Source of the DNA: a virus
DNA: 64,000 nt
Direction: 5' to 3' (one strand)
Virus record (IMG/VR): IMGVR_UViG_3300032241_000811
Span: 1-64,000 of that record
Part shown: positions 20,344 through 31,467 of the stretch, one piece after another
Numbering within the stretch: position 1 is the first letter of the stretch
Layout: each line of letters starts with the position of its first letter
Program-made: the position numbers and the translations under genes
The notes under the pieces: model-generated
The model's input: the letters and a program-made list of their open reading frames with translations, nothing else
The model's database searches: none
Told to the model about the DNA's origin: nothing

Positions 20344-20877
20344 TTATGCTCCCAGAAGTGTTTTGGCCTTCTTGAGATATGTTTCGCGGCTTGAAAGACC
20401 GTTTGTTCCGCCATTGATGCGCTTGGTGATTGTCACCACATCATCCTCGTCAGCATAGTCTGATAGAGAATGATCGTTCCAGTATTCACAAGCAGTCTTG
20501 ATTGAGTTGATAGGTTCTGCTGCAAGTTCAGGATTGTTTTCCAAATCCACACCAATCAGCTTGCCATACTTCCGATAGTTGAAACGCCCAGTGACTTGAA
20601 AAATACCACGCCCCTTGAAACGCTTGCCATCACCTGGTTCTGTGTTACCCAAATCATCGCGCCCTTCATATTCACTACCAGAAGCATATTCTTCCAGCGT
20701 ATCCATACCAGCAGTTTCATGTGCAGCTTGTGCTAAGAAATGTGCGATGCGAAGCGGTGTATTGATTTCATACTGATCCAAATACTTCTGCAAGTTTGCG
20801 GCCAATCCATTGATGACATCTTCATCACCATTTGGGCATAGCTTGTTTAGTAAATCTACAGTAATCGCTGTTGTCAT
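20344..20877 (-). CDS. GH19 endolysin
   Basis: AHFLAQAAHET, YEGR.DLGN, FKGRG.FQ.TGR.NY, ITKRINGG.NGL. Confidence 0.92.
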   Translation of the reverse strand: MTTAITVDLLNKLCPNGDEDVINGLAANLQKYLDQYEINTPLRIAHFLAQAAHETAGMDTLEEYASGSEYEGRDDLGNTEPGDGKRFKGRGIFQVTGRFNYRKYGKLIGVDLENNPELAAEPINSIKTACEYWNDHSLSDYADEDDVVTITKRINGGTNGLSSRETYLKKAKTLLGA

Positions 20878-20893
20878 ATTATTTAATCTCCTA

Positions 20894-21355
20894 TTAAGAG
20901 TATCTTACATAAGTGCAAGCACCGGTCTTTTCGTCTTGCACAAGTATAGGACCCTTCTTTTTCTTTCTTGCTTCTTCTCTAATATGATGGTAGGCATCAT
21001 CTTCTTCCAAATAAGTTCGCCAATGCTTACCCTTTTTCTTTGCTTCCTTGATCTGATGGAAGACTTTGGAAGATACAACATAGGGTTCAACACCCATGAT
21101 CTTCTTTCCACGGCGTGCCATTGGCATCAGTTGTGGTGGCATACCAGGTTCGCCCTTTGGACCAAACCCAATACCCTGAACACCACCCCCTCCAACGCTG
21201 TTAGCTGGTGCTCCGCCACCAACAACTCCATCTTCATTGAGGCAGTTGCACTCACCGATATGACCGCAGGCTTTCTTTTCTGATAGATGTCCAACAAAGC
21301 CAGCAGGAAGTGCAATGGGCTTTATTGTTTCTGGTTCTACTTTTTTTGTTGACAT
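20894..21355 (-). CDS. conserved T4-like late hypothetical protein
   Basis: PANSVGGG..GEPG motif; C-terminal ILVQDEKTGA. Confidence 0.6.
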   Translation of the reverse strand: MSTKKVEPETIKPIALPAGFVGHLSEKKACGHIGECNCLNEDGVVGGGAPANSVGGGGVQGIGFGPKGEPGMPPQLMPMARRGKKIMGVEPYVVSSKVFHQIKEAKKKGKHWRTYLEEDDAYHHIREEARKKKKGPILVQDEKTGACTYVRYS

Positions 21356-21395
21356 TCTTATAAATCTCGTGTATAAAGGCTATGTGCCGCCATGA

Positions 21396-21782
21396 TTAAA
21401 GTTCCCTTAACCTCTTACCTACCATAAGGTCCACCGATATCTCAGAGGTGTTATAATCTATTCCTCTAATACCAAGGACCTGTGCTGGGACATAATTCAA
21501 GAACAAAAGAAAAGTTTTAAGAGTAGGATAGTCCTTTTCATCTATTCTATAGAATAGCATTCTTACAGCAGCTTCCACACCAAATACATTTGCAAGTATT
21601 ATAATGTGGTTCAGAATCAATCTGTCTTTCAACTCTGATGTGGCTTTGTATCGCCTAATCAGTCGTTTCACATATTTCAATCTCTTGAAATCTTCCTCAA
21701 ACTCACTCATTATGGCATTTGGTTTTTCATATGCCCTCATTGCGTAGAGTAAGAAGTTATCATCACAAAGGTTTTCAAACAT
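21396..21782 (-). CDS. conserved T4-like hypothetical protein
   Basis: NFLLYAM..Y, EF.ED.KR.KY, RLILNHII.L.NVFG. Confidence 0.75.
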   Translation of the reverse strand: MFENLCDDNFLLYAMRAYEKPNAIMSEFEEDFKRLKYVKRLIRRYKATSELKDRLILNHIIILANVFGVEAAVRMLFYRIDEKDYPTLKTFLLFLNYVPAQVLGIRGIDYNTSEISVDLMVGKRLREL

Positions 21783-21786
21783 TTAG

Positions 21787-22434
21787 TTATTCAGTAGGTG
21801 ACTTGATCTTCTTGATGTTTTCCTTGACGACCTGATTTCTGAACTTTGTATCGCTCTTGATGTACTTGGAAAGACCAGAGAAGGTTTCTTCATCCAACTT
21901 CTTTCCACTGATCTTTTGATTTGCATCTTTGTATGAATCAAATGAGTCAGAAGCATCACGATCATCCTTATCTGGTTCATCACCAGAGTCTTCAAGTTCA
22001 TCATCAACATCATCAAGTAAATCTTCCAGTTCATCTTCATTGACGATTTCGCAGAACACATCAAAAGAACCTCTTCTATTCAGTTGATACTCAAAGTAGA
22101 CGTAGTAAGGAGAACCAACTTTGGTTACTACTTCTCCCTGATTGTTCATGCCCATAGTATCGCCAAACTGCTTGATTTCAAATACCTCATGCCCCGCATC
22201 ACCATCAAGGAAGTTGGTTGCAGGCAGCATGATGTGAAATGGAGCCAGAACTTTTCTGACGAGTTCAAGAGCATGATAAGGTGTTGCGTGTGTGCAAGAT
22301 GTGACAGAATGTAAGAGAATGTTGATATTATCTCTTACAGGGCTGTTATCTACACCTACCATGCTCTTTTCAGATTGGGCATAAGGTAACATTTCTTCAT
22401 TGAGCAGATAGTCGCGGAATTTCTTTATAGCCAT
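21787..22434 (-). CDS. conserved hypothetical protein (possible internal head protein)
   Basis: MAIKKFRDYLLNEE N-terminus; acidic region. Confidence 0.6.
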   Translation of the reverse strand: MAIKKFRDYLLNEEMLPYAQSEKSMVGVDNSPVRDNINILLHSVTSCTHATPYHALELVRKVLAPFHIMLPATNFLDGDAGHEVFEIKQFGDTMGMNNQGEVVTKVGSPYYVYFEYQLNRRGSFDVFCEIVNEDELEDLLDDVDDELEDSGDEPDKDDRDASDSFDSYKDANQKISGKKLDEETFSGLSKYIKSDTKFRNQVVKENIKKIKSPTE

Positions 22435-22457
22435 ATTGTTATGCCTTCTGTGTTAGA

Positions 22458-23030
22458 TTAGATGCCAGAGAAGAATACGTTGTCGCTTGGATCATCAAGT
22501 GTGATTGAACGCATAGCTACAAGTGTTTCTGTCTTGATACGACCAGCGCGGCCGCCAAGAGTAAATGTCAGTGTTGGCTGTGTCACGTTGCTTGAGTCTG
22601 TTACTGCATAACCGATAGCAGCAGCATTAGACCAACCATCACCGCCGTTGATGATAGTGACTGAGACAACATTATCTGTATTGCTGACTGTATACGCAAT
22701 GTTAGCATTGGCACCTTTGCCAAGAACGCTGTTGTCCTTCAGAATGATAAAGCCGTTTGCTGTGACATCACCGCCGTCTGTAATGGTAACACCAGTAATT
22801 GGACCGGTTCCAACTTTTACGCTGACCCAGCCTGCATGTTGCGGAATTGGACCGCCGACATTATTTGCTCTTTGTTGTTCTGTTACAGACACACCAGCAA
22901 CCGCACCATAAAACTTGTCAGTATTAGCCACACCATTGTTGATGGTAGACTTTGATGTTGTCAGTGTTGTGTTAGCAAACAGGGGCTTTTGATTGCCTGA
23001 TGGATAGTCTTTGTTTCCCCAAAGTGACAT
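22458..23030 (-). CDS. virion structural protein
   Basis: MSLWG..D...HAGWV...GR.K.ETLVAM motif of T4-like structural proteins. Confidence 0.7.
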   Translation of the reverse strand: MSLWGNKDYPSGNQKPLFANTTLTTSKSTINNGVANTDKFYGAVAGVSVTEQQRANNVGGPIPQHAGWVSVKVGTGPITGVTITDGGDVTANGFIILKDNSVLGKGANANIAYTVSNTDNVVSVTIINGGDGWSNAAAIGYAVTDSSNVTQPTLTFTLGGRAGRIKTETLVAMRSITLDDPSDNVFFSGI

Positions 23031-23053
23031 TTGTTAGTTCTCCTTGATAGTGA

Positions 23054-23389
23054 TTACTTAGTTATATTTATTTCTTTGTTTAGAGGGCCTTTGTCAGCAG
23101 GTTGAACATCAACATTGTCCGCACCGACCCCTGTAGAGGTTCTAGAACCTTTTTGTACCTCTGCGGCTTGTTCTTCTGATACACCATAACGGCGACCGCC
23201 TCTCATATTCTGATTAGCAGAGTAAACCTGTGTGCGCTTTCTATCAGACGGTAAGAGGTTGCTGCTGCTGGTATTAGTTGGAAATAGATGTCTGCGCCCA
23301 CCAATAGATGAGCGAGACATGATGTTTCCTTCTTCTATTTTCTTTTTGCGGAGATTTATGATCATCTCCGCAAGTTCTTTGTTGTCCAT
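23054..23389 (-). CDS. hypothetical late protein
   Basis: 111 aa ORF. Confidence 0.55.
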   Translation of the reverse strand: MDNKELAEMIINLRKKKIEEGNIMSRSSIGGRRHLFPTNTSSSNLLPSDRKRTQVYSANQNMRGGRRYGVSEEQAAEVQKGSRTSTGVGADNVDVQPADKGPLNKEINITK

Positions 23390-23394
23390 TCAGT

Positions 23395-25158
23395 TTAGAC
23401 TTTCTTCTGCTGAGACATAGGTACATACTTCTGCCCAGCTAGATTTGTCTGATATTGTTTGCCCTGCCAACTAAACTGCCCTGTTGAAGGAACGCCAGCA
23501 GAGGCAGCCTTTTGTCTAGCAGCAGCAAATGCTTGAGCAAATGTCTGAGGAGCCGAAGGCTTAGGTAGTGTTGGGCTGACAGGAGCAGCATTAGGAGCCT
23601 TTGCGGACTGTAGAGGTTTATCAGCAGCAGCAGGTGAAGGTGTATTTACTGCTTTTGGTGTCTTATCTGCATCAGTAACCGGTGCTCCATTAGCATTTAC
23701 TGTAGTTGATGTTAATGGATTAAAAGTTGTTTGTGATTTAGGTGGAGTAACCGGTGCTCCATTAGCATTTACTGTAGTTGATGTTAATGGATTAAAAGTT
23801 GTTTGTGATTTAGTATCAGTCGCATTATTTGTTACAGGTCCGGCATTTACATTAGGAGGAGGAGAATTAGCAGGCAGAGCATCATTAGCCTTTGGTGCAG
23901 GCTTTGATGCCATATCTGTTATACTATCATCATCAGTTGTGGTATTAGTAAGTGGGTTGTAACGCTCATTCACCATATTCAAAAGCTGGACTTGCTCTTC
24001 ATTCAGTGAGTTGATAAATGCGTTCAAGCCATTGACACCTTCTGAAACGAAAGCACGATATGCTTGTTCACTCAGCTTGTGTGCGATTTCTTCTTGAATC
24101 ATTTCAATTGAATATGATTCCTTCATGTGCTTGGCACGAATCTTGGCTAGAACGGCGCCAGCAACTTTCTTGCCACGCTCTTCTGAACCATATCTCTCAG
24201 CAGCCTTTGCAGCGATCTTAGAGAACATCTTGCCTGGCTTGCCAATGTCTTTACCAGCACGAGCAGCCTTTGCAGAATATGCGGCTTCTTCAAGTTCGCC
24301 ATGAGTCATATAGTCATCAACCGCTGTTACACCGTCTTTAGCTACAGCAAGCTTGCTCTGAACCCAAGCAGGCAAATCTTTATCATACTTGAGTTGCTTA
24401 TTGATGTTCATGGCCTTTGCTGCCATAGCTTTAAGCTGTGTTTTAGCCATTGCTGTTTCTTCAGCAGCGTCATCTCTTTGAGTCTCAGCAGATAGTCCCT
24501 CCTTCAGCTTAGATGCAATAACAGCGCGGCGATGCTTCAGATAGCTGTCAGTTTTATCAACCTTGCCATCATTGTTTACATCGCTATCTTCCTTGCCTAC
24601 TGGATCAAGATTAGGTGCTTTCTTATTTGAAAGCTTCTTGATAGCTTCTTTCAAGTCACTCTTATCTGCTCTATTTACAGTCTGTTTATCAAGATTTAGA
24701 TCGCCTTTACCCGCAGTATTGACAGTCTGAGGATCCATCTTTAGATCGGTCTTGCCAGAACTTGTATTTGGGCTCTTTCTTGCCCAATCTGGTGTTGTAT
24801 AACCATAGTCTGGCTTTTTGATTCCCATTTCTAGTGGGCTTGTAGAATCCTTGGCAGCAGGATCGGGATTGGTTGCTTCATACATCTTCTTGCCCTTAGC
24901 AGACATTTCGCGTTCAGCTTCAACACCATGCTCTTCAGGCTTCTTTTCCTTTGTCTCTTTCTTCTTGTCAGAGGCCAAGGCTTCATTGATGTTCTGCTGT
25001 AGAACCGCCTTATACTTCTCTTGAAGCTGGTGAGGTAGCTGAGAAATAGACTGAATGCCAAGTTCTTCATTGAGGTTGGCTTCAACCTGTCTGCGGAGTT
25101 CATTCTCCTTCATTACTTTCTGAACTGATTCAATCAGCGGGTCTTTTCTGTTTAGCAT
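23395..25158 (-). CDS. low-complexity putative internal head polyprotein
   Basis: [21 protein letters not shown] motif; many [LIMV]-x-E sites; late promoter upstream. Confidence 0.65.
   Translation of the reverse strand: MLNRKDPLIESVQKVMKENELRRQVEANLNEELGIQSISQLPHQLQEKYKAVLQQNINEALASDKKKETKEKKPEEHGVEAEREMSAKGKKMYEATNPDPAAKDSTSPLEMGIKKPDYGYTTPDWARKSPNTSSGKTDLKMDPQTVNTAGKGDLNLDKQTVNRADKSDLKEAIKKLSNKKAPNLDPVGKEDSDVNNDGKVDKTDSYLKHRRAVIASKLKEGLSAETQRDDAAEETAMAKTQLKAMAAKAMNINKQLKYDKDLPAWVQSKLAVAKDGVTAVDDYMTHGELEEAAYSAKAARAGKDIGKPGKMFSKIAAKAAERYGSEERGKKVAGAVLAKIRAKHMKESYSIEMIQEEIAHKLSEQAYRAFVSEGVNGLNAFINSLNEEQVQLLNMVNERYNPLTNTTTDDDSITDMASKPAPKANDALPANSPPPNVNAGPVTNNATDTKSQTTFNPLTSTTVNANGAPVTPPKSQTTFNPLTSTTVNANGAPVTDADKTPKAVNTPSPAAADKPLQSAKAPNAAPVSPTLPKPSAPQTFAQAFAAARQKAASAGVPSTGQFSWQGKQYQTNLAGQKYVPMSQQKKV
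23674..23813. repeat. 68-bp direct repeat, period 72
   Basis: encodes [22 protein letters not shown] twice. Confidence 0.85.
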
Positions 25159-25200
25159 TTTCGTTGATTCCTCTATGGTTTCTTATATTTATGTTATTAC

Positions 25201-28200
25201 TTATCTAAAGCCCTTGGAGCGAGGTTCTTTTCCTGCTGTGGGACCCACCAACTTATGTGGCTGATAGTTTTGTGAAGTCTGCTGCTTGCGTCTGCGCTCT
25301 CTGACATATTGTGCAGCTTGATCTGTTCCCTTTTTGACGCTGGGAAACTTGTCAAGATAGCCTTTGGGCATCATATCCATGACAGAATCTTCATCCATAC
25401 CATCTTGCATATGAGGTCTGAGCATACCTGTGCCGATGACTCCGCCGGACAAAGATGTACCAGCAACATCACCACCAGAGTAATAACCTTCTTTGACAAA
25501 GCCTTCTCTCAGCTTTCTAAAGCTTTTCTTTGTTGTAATGCCAGAAGAAGGATTGTCTTTTTCATTGAGTCTCATGCAAGCTTCATAAAGCTTTGCTGGT
25601 CCCTGTTCACCATACTTGTCCGCAAACTTTCTTTGTGTACTTTCCTTGAGTGCCCATGCTTTGACTGATTCATTGAAACCTTCAGCAAGAGCAGAGCCGA
25701 TCTGGGCAAAGCCAGTAACAAGTGCTGGTGATGCTTTCAAGCTGAAAGTTGGTCCCAAGCCGTCATTGACACTACCCAAGTCCCAAGCACCCTTTGGCAA
25801 TCCAGCATCTTCTTCCACTGGCTTTTTCTTTTCAGGTGCTTTTGCGCCTGGTTCTTGACCAGGTGTCATATTTTTATAGATATTGGTGAGCGAATCGGTT
25901 CCAATAAATCTGTTTTCAGGCTTAGAGATATAAGCAGCAAAGTCTTTATCAATGCTCTTTTCTTCTTGTATTTTTCTCATTAGTTTTCCTTCATTGTTCT
26001 TTACAAACAAGACCTTGTTTTGTCCTTCGACTTTTTTGCCAAAGCGACCAAAACCATAGTAGTTCAAACCAAGTTTTCGCGCTTGGTCAAGTGTGTCGCC
26101 CTGAGGATGCTGTATAGCAGGTACCGGTGGTACTACAACAGGCTGTTGTGTAGGTTGTTGTGTTGATTTTAATAGGTTTTGCTTTACTGTAGCAAAAGAA
26201 CGAGGTGGTGTGTATGTGATGCCTCTTCTTTGTGCTTCTGCTGCAATCCACTTTGCATAGTTGGGATTCTGGTTTTCAGCAGACACAAAACCGCGAATAG
26301 TCTTGTGCAGCTTTTTGAAGTTATCTTCAATTTGCTTCTTCTGTTCATCTGAAGCTTTGCGGGTATCTACAGTATTATCAATTATAGAGAAACGGTTATC
26401 ACCAAACAACTGTTGCAGCCCAGGTATATTTGCTTGTGCAGCTTTCCACTTTGTGCCGCGAATATCTGCTGAACCATCAGGGCGACCTTGTTTATCGGTG
26501 CCATCAGGAATCTTTCTATTACCGAGTTTTCCTCTTTCTACATTGCGCTGTCTTGAAACATCATTTGATGTATTGACAAAGACCATGTGAGTATCATAGC
26601 CTTCATCTTCAAGCATTTTCTTTAGTGCAGACACACCATCAATGTCATCTGCTGTATTATTGATGATCAGACCGTTACGACCTCTAAGAGCATGACGCTC
26701 TTTTTCTTTTGTCATCGTCTTTGCACGACCTCTGAGGATTTCTCTCTCAAGTCTTTCATTCTCAGGCATCTCAAAATCAAGACCGTGTTTACCCATCAGA
26801 TATTCAAATGCGGTATCAGAGTTGATTTCTTTCAGACCATGCCCTCGCAATGATTTGCTCATAACAAAGTCTTTGCCAGAACCAGGTCCGCCAGCAAGGA
26901 ATACTGCTTTCATCTTTGCTTGATCATAGATGCCTTCATTGAGTGCTTCTTCTGACATGAACTGTTCTTCATCGTGAACGTCTCTGCCATTTTTTCCAAG
27001 ATGTCTGGATGCATTGAAACGATGCTCAAAAGAAGTTCTCTGTTGCAGCCAAGTGTTTTCTTTTTCTAGGGTATCAAACACATACGAATGATTTGCTCTG
27101 TGATGCGGCCAGTTTCCATGTGCTGATACGAGAGGCTTTTCTGCTGGGCGATTATGATTGTGTTTGTGAAATGAAGCTTGTGTAGACTTCATCTTGTCTG
27201 TTTCGCCAATGTTTGTAGTCAGGTAATTTGAAACAAAGCCTTCTGGGTTTTCACCCAAGCTTGGCATGCCGCTGACATAACCCATACCACGAACTCCGCC
27301 TCCAGCAGAGTTGGTTGACTCAGCAACATAATCAAGCTTGAACATTTCTGGAAACTTGCGACCAAAGTGGCGCATGATGATACCAGCTTTCATGTTTGCT
27401 TCGTTTTCAATGTCAGAACCTGTGTCACCATCTTTAGCAGATGTAGCTGAGGATACTCTGCCCTCTTCTTTTTGCTTGTGATGTACAAGTTCGTGTGCTA
27501 GTGTTCTGAATATATCCATTGGGTGTCTGTCTTTGGTTGACACAACAATGGATTCACTTTCAGGGTCATAACCACCAAAGCTTGTTATCAGGTCTTTATC
27601 AACACCCTTCTTGTAATGAATAGGAGGAATGTCTTTCAGACCGATCTGGTCAGCAGCAAATTTGACAAACTGGTCCAACACTGGCTTGAAATCATCGTGC
27701 TTTATCTCTTCATATAGAGTTCTCATTTCCTTGATTGACTTGGGTTTTTTGATTCCCTTAGCCATCAAGTCATGAACCTTCTTGCTATATGAGCCATATA
27801 GGTCTGTGATAATTTGCTTTTGAGTATTTCTATCTGCATTTGCAAACTGTTGGCGCAACTCAGTAGCAGACTTAATTGGCTTCCCCAGCACATTGAATTT
27901 GAATGTTGGTGTGACAACCACATAACCTGTTGGTTTGTCAGGATCGCCAAAAGGTTTTAGTTTGTTTTCATTGCCTTCATATGGCTGTAGATAACCGGGT
28001 TTGCCTGATTTTGTTGGTTTGAACGCAAATCTAGGGTCTTCAGCCATATCCTTTTCAGACACAGCAAAAACAAGAACAGTCTTTTTGGGATCGTATTCTT
28101 TCAGTATTTCTCTTGAGATGTAGGGATTAGTTACTTTGTGAATGTCAGACTCAGGCACACCCGCATGAGTCATCATGACTTTCTTTTCTTCGAAGTTGAA

Positions 28201-28359
28201 TGGGCTTTTTGGTAGTTCTGTCTTATCGGTTGTTGCGATTACAGCTTTACCAAACTTGTCTTTTAGCCACTTATAGGCTTCTGCATGACCTTTATGAAAG
28301 GGCTGAAAACGCCCAGGATAGACAGCTAGTATCTGTAGTTTATTCTTCTTATTATCCAT
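25201..28359 (-). CDS. multidomain protein: HIGH nucleotidyltransferase + zincin + zeta-toxin-like P-loop kinase
   Basis: YPGRFQPFHKGH...SATELR; RTLAHELVHHKQ..E.EAN; KAVFLAGGPGSGK. Confidence 0.8.
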   Translation of the reverse strand: MDNKKNKLQILAVYPGRFQPFHKGHAEAYKWLKDKFGKAVIATTDKTELPKSPFNFEEKKVMMTHAGVPESDIHKVTNPYISREILKEYDPKKTVLVFAVSEKDMAEDPRFAFKPTKSGKPGYLQPYEGNENKLKPFGDPDKPTGYVVVTPTFKFNVLGKPIKSATELRQQFANADRNTQKQIITDLYGSYSKKVHDLMAKGIKKPKSIKEMRTLYEEIKHDDFKPVLDQFVKFAADQIGLKDIPPIHYKKGVDKDLITSFGGYDPESESIVVSTKDRHPMDIFRTLAHELVHHKQKEEGRVSSATSAKDGDTGSDIENEANMKAGIIMRHFGRKFPEMFKLDYVAESTNSAGGGVRGMGYVSGMPSLGENPEGFVSNYLTTNIGETDKMKSTQASFHKHNHNRPAEKPLVSAHGNWPHHRANHSYVFDTLEKENTWLQQRTSFEHRFNASRHLGKNGRDVHDEEQFMSEEALNEGIYDQAKMKAVFLAGGPGSGKDFVMSKSLRGHGLKEINSDTAFEYLMGKHGLDFEMPENERLEREILRGRAKTMTKEKERHALRGRNGLIINNTADDIDGVSALKKMLEDEGYDTHMVFVNTSNDVSRQRNVERGKLGNRKIPDGTDKQGRPDGSADIRGTKWKAAQANIPGLQQLFGDNRFSIIDNTVDTRKASDEQKKQIEDNFKKLHKTIRGFVSAENQNPNYAKWIAAEAQRRGITYTPPRSFATVKQNLLKSTQQPTQQPVVVPPVPAIQHPQGDTLDQARKLGLNYYGFGRFGKKVEGQNKVLFVKNNEGKLMRKIQEEKSIDKDFAAYISKPENRFIGTDSLTNIYKNMTPGQEPGAKAPEKKKPVEEDAGLPKGAWDLGSVNDGLGPTFSLKASPALVTGFAQIGSALAEGFNESVKAWALKESTQRKFADKYGEQGPAKLYEACMRLNEKDNPSSGITTKKSFRKLREGFVKEGYYSGGDVAGTSLSGGVIGTGMLRPHMQDGMDEDSVMDMMPKGYLDKFPSVKKGTDQAAQYVRERRRKQQTSQNYQPHKLVGPTAGKEPRSKGFR

Positions 28360-28406
28360 TCCATTCCCTCTATAGGAACTATATTATAGAGGTATTTAGT
28401 ATTCTT

Positions 28407-29507
28407 TTAGACTATACCATATGTGGAACGTCTGATTGACTCTGAAACAATACCTTTTATAGAATCAACGACCTTGTTGCCATCCAAGTTTTCTGAGTGT
28501 GAACCATCAAAATCTTTGGCTATACGCATCAGTTCAAGTATAGGCAAGTCAACTCTGATCGTATTACTCTTGCCATTCTTGTCATCATTATAGTCTGCAA
28601 GCCAGCGGTGGTGCCCATCCAGAATGTAGTCGTCATTGGAAATAATGATCTTTGCGGCATTTGCCTTGCTATTCAAACTGGACATCATATTCATCACCTT
28701 ATCAAGATTGAACTCCATCTGAGTAGCCTTCAAGTCCTTTGATGATACTTTCTCATTATTATAGCTGATGTTCTGTTTCTTCAAGTGATCTAGAAACGCT
28801 GGTATCTGCTCTTTGCGTATCTGCGGCATCAGTGAACGACCAAATGTCATGCCGATCTTTGGCACTTCAATTGATTCATTCATGTTGTTCTTATACTTGG
28901 TGACCTTGCCATCAGTGACAAGATAGCCTATTGCTTCAATCTTGGGAAACATCTTAGCTACTTTGAATAGCATATTGAGGTTCTCTTCGCTGTCATCCCA
29001 CATACGAACCCTGTCAAACTTTCCAGACGACATGTATCTCTTGAGGATAATCCCCTTATTTACGCTTGCCTTTGAATTGGGATTGTATTTTATTATATTA
29101 CCTGCTCGCTCAACATAGACATGATCTATGGGAAATCCATAGTCACGAAAAGTTTGGAGGAACTCTTCTTTATCCTTGAAGTCTGATCTTGCTGTCAGAA
29201 TGATTGACTTTGAGTTTTCAGATTGGTTCCATACAATCTCTTTAGCCCTGTCTAATACACTGTTTATTGGCTTTGCAGTTTCACGAAATACTTTACCAGA
29301 ACGAAACTCTGAAAAGTCAAATGACTCGCCAGGCTTCAAATTATATGTATTGTATGCACCAGGCTCAAGCTTCTTGACTTGCTTGCCATCTTTCTTGACG
29401 ATCACACGCGCATCTGTGGTGAACAGGGTGTCATCAATATCCCAGACATTCAGGGTTCTCACCTCATTGGTGTGCGACTTCACATATGATTTGAGTGTAG
29501 TTACCAA
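28407..29507 (-). CDS. HAD phosphatase + ParB/Srx-like fusion
   Basis: WDIDDTLF, ILTAR, WDDSEEN; second domain with R..MPQI, ATQ and ILDGHHRW. Confidence 0.75.
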   Translation of the reverse strand: MVTTLKSYVKSHTNEVRTLNVWDIDDTLFTTDARVIVKKDGKQVKKLEPGAYNTYNLKPGESFDFSEFRSGKVFRETAKPINSVLDRAKEIVWNQSENSKSIILTARSDFKDKEEFLQTFRDYGFPIDHVYVERAGNIIKYNPNSKASVNKGIILKRYMSSGKFDRVRMWDDSEENLNMLFKVAKMFPKIEAIGYLVTDGKVTKYKNNMNESIEVPKIGMTFGRSLMPQIRKEQIPAFLDHLKKQNISYNNEKVSSKDLKATQMEFNLDKVMNMMSSLNSKANAAKIIISNDDYILDGHHRWLADYNDDKNGKSNTIRVDLPILELMRIAKDFDGSHSENLDGNKVVDSIKGIVSESIRRSTYGIV

Positions 29508-30780
29508 TTATTTGCTCCAGTTCTTGGTAGCATTGAAGTTAGCCTGAGAAAACTCAAGTCTGTCAATCAGCTTCACAGCATTACCAATATGATCTATAGC
29601 AACGAAGCCTTCTGGTGCAGTAGCCACATAGCCTCTATCATCTGTTTTTAGATATGATGATAATGAGTCTTGCACTGTTTGCAGCTTTTTGACAATGATC
29701 AGTTTAGCACGAACCAATAGGTTTTGCAAGTCAAAAATGTTCTTCAGTTCATTCTTGTTAGATTTATAGAAAGACAACACCATATTCTTTTCCGCAGTTC
29801 TTTTGCGCTTGGTATCTTCCTTCTTTGCGTCAAGAATATCCTTATTCATCTTTCTTTCTATTTCATCAATCAGCCCGGAAACATGAGCAGAGGTATTTGT
29901 AATCTCTTTACCTTCTCGGACCTTGAGATTATTCCAAGCCTTGATTTGAACTTTGTATGTTTCATTGTTGGCAATCATATTCAGAGTTCTGGGTGAGATA
30001 CGTCTGAATAGCGCACCTGCCTCTGACAAAATGGCATTGAGTTCTTTTGTTTCTTCCAGTGTCAGGTTTGCTATACCAGAAGCATCAACATATTCTGCAT
30101 CTCTGAACCACACATATTTTGATGGGTTCAATGTTGCTGCTGAAAATCCAAATGATGCTTTCATAGTAGCCAACTCATCACCATCATATGATGTGTGCCA
30201 TACAATGCCGAGTTTAGCTTCTGACATTTTCTTGGCCAGCTTTGAATCAGCAGGAACAGCATATGTGATTGTGTTTGGTGTAAAGACAAGATACTTGGCA
30301 CCATCAATCGTTTCTGTTTTCAGATCACTATTGATGAACATCATATCACCTTGAATGACGCCTTTGATGTTCAACTCAGGCAGATAGCGCAATGCAATCT
30401 TCAGCTTTTCATTCAGCCCAGCACCTGGATGATTATTATCAATGTCTTCTGGTGTGTAATTCAGCTTTGCTCCCTTTGCAAACACACCCTTGGTACCGAC
30501 AAAGAACTTGCCATTTTCTGGATTGATGCCTGCAAATACTGCTGGCGCACCATCAAACTTTGTTGTGACCTTGATAGGAGCCTTTGTATGCCCACTAAGC
30601 ATATCTCTCAGTGATTGCAGAAAGTTGATTGCTCCACGAGTGCCATTGACTCCGCCGTTCAGCACCTCATCTTCAAGGTGTTCATTCAAGGTGAAGGTTT
30701 TTGCCTTCCTTGTCTTCTTTCAACAAGAAAGAACCTTCACCCGAAAGGTCTCCTCTATTATATTGTTTGTAACTTAGCAT
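29508..30780 (-). pseudogene. ATP-dependent ligase-like (KxDG) protein, frameshifted near the N-terminus
   Basis: TTKFDGAPA, QGDMMF, EGFVA, VKLIDRLEFS; natural start MLSYKQY at 30780 is cut off by a TGAA duplication at 30681-30688. Confidence 0.65.
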
Positions 30781-31418
30781 TTTTCTATTTTCAATCCATA
30801 TCTTTTAGAATGATTTCCGTTTTTATACAGAGACTTCATAGTGGAATAGTTATATTTATACTCATCACAAAAGTCTTTTATACACTCAAATCTAACTGTA
30901 TTACCATTATCAAATACGACCTTTATTGTTTTTGCATTTGGATTATTTGCACCTTTTACTGGGGTTTTTCTGCCCCAGTTACGATTTATACTCTTTGATC
31001 CTATTTTCTTTTTTGTTTCTTCTGTGTGCTTTTTGCCATACATGGGATTTTTTGAACCAGAAATATCCGGTCTATTCCAATTTCTCATGTGCTTTCTTTC
31101 TTCTAGTGTGTACATTGACCAATAATCTTTTATGCTTTTAGAACACCCTCCGAAACCACCATAAGAAATGTTATAATAATCCTTAGATTCAACTGCTTGT
31201 AGTTTGTCGATCCATTTTTTTTCAGCCTCACACATATATTTGAATGTAGGACAATCTTCTAAAGTTACTCGTGTAAAGCTATCTTTACCATACTTTTTTA
31301 TTGCTTGTTTCAAAAGTTTTCCGGATCCTATGTATTCTTTTTCGTGCGTGTATTTGCACATACCAACATATTTTTTGCCATTTTTGTTGTTTGTCGTCAA
31401 GTATATAAATCCATACAT
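30774..31418 (-). CDS. Seg-like GIY-YIG homing endonuclease
   Basis: YGFIYLTTN..NGKKYVG, YIGSG, NPMYGKKHTEETKKK; TATAAATA hairpin upstream. Confidence 0.88.
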   Translation of the reverse strand: MYGFIYLTTNNKNGKKYVGMCKYTHEKEYIGSGKLLKQAIKKYGKDSFTRVTLEDCPTFKYMCEAEKKWIDKLQAVESKDYYNISYGGFGGCSKSIKDYWSMYTLEERKHMRNWNRPDISGSKNPMYGKKHTEETKKKIGSKSINRNWGRKTPVKGANNPNAKTIKVVFDNGNTVRFECIKDFCDEYKYNYSTMKSLYKNGNHSKRYGLKIEKC

Positions 31419-31467
31419 AGTGGTTCTCCTATGTGTATTTATAATACTTTCATCTTCTAAATGTTCA

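Noticed and set aside
25201-28359. Classical epsilon/zeta toxin-antitoxin module
   Set aside because: The P-loop kinase is embedded in a late multidomain protein, no antitoxin is evident, and its substrate cannot be assigned from the motif.
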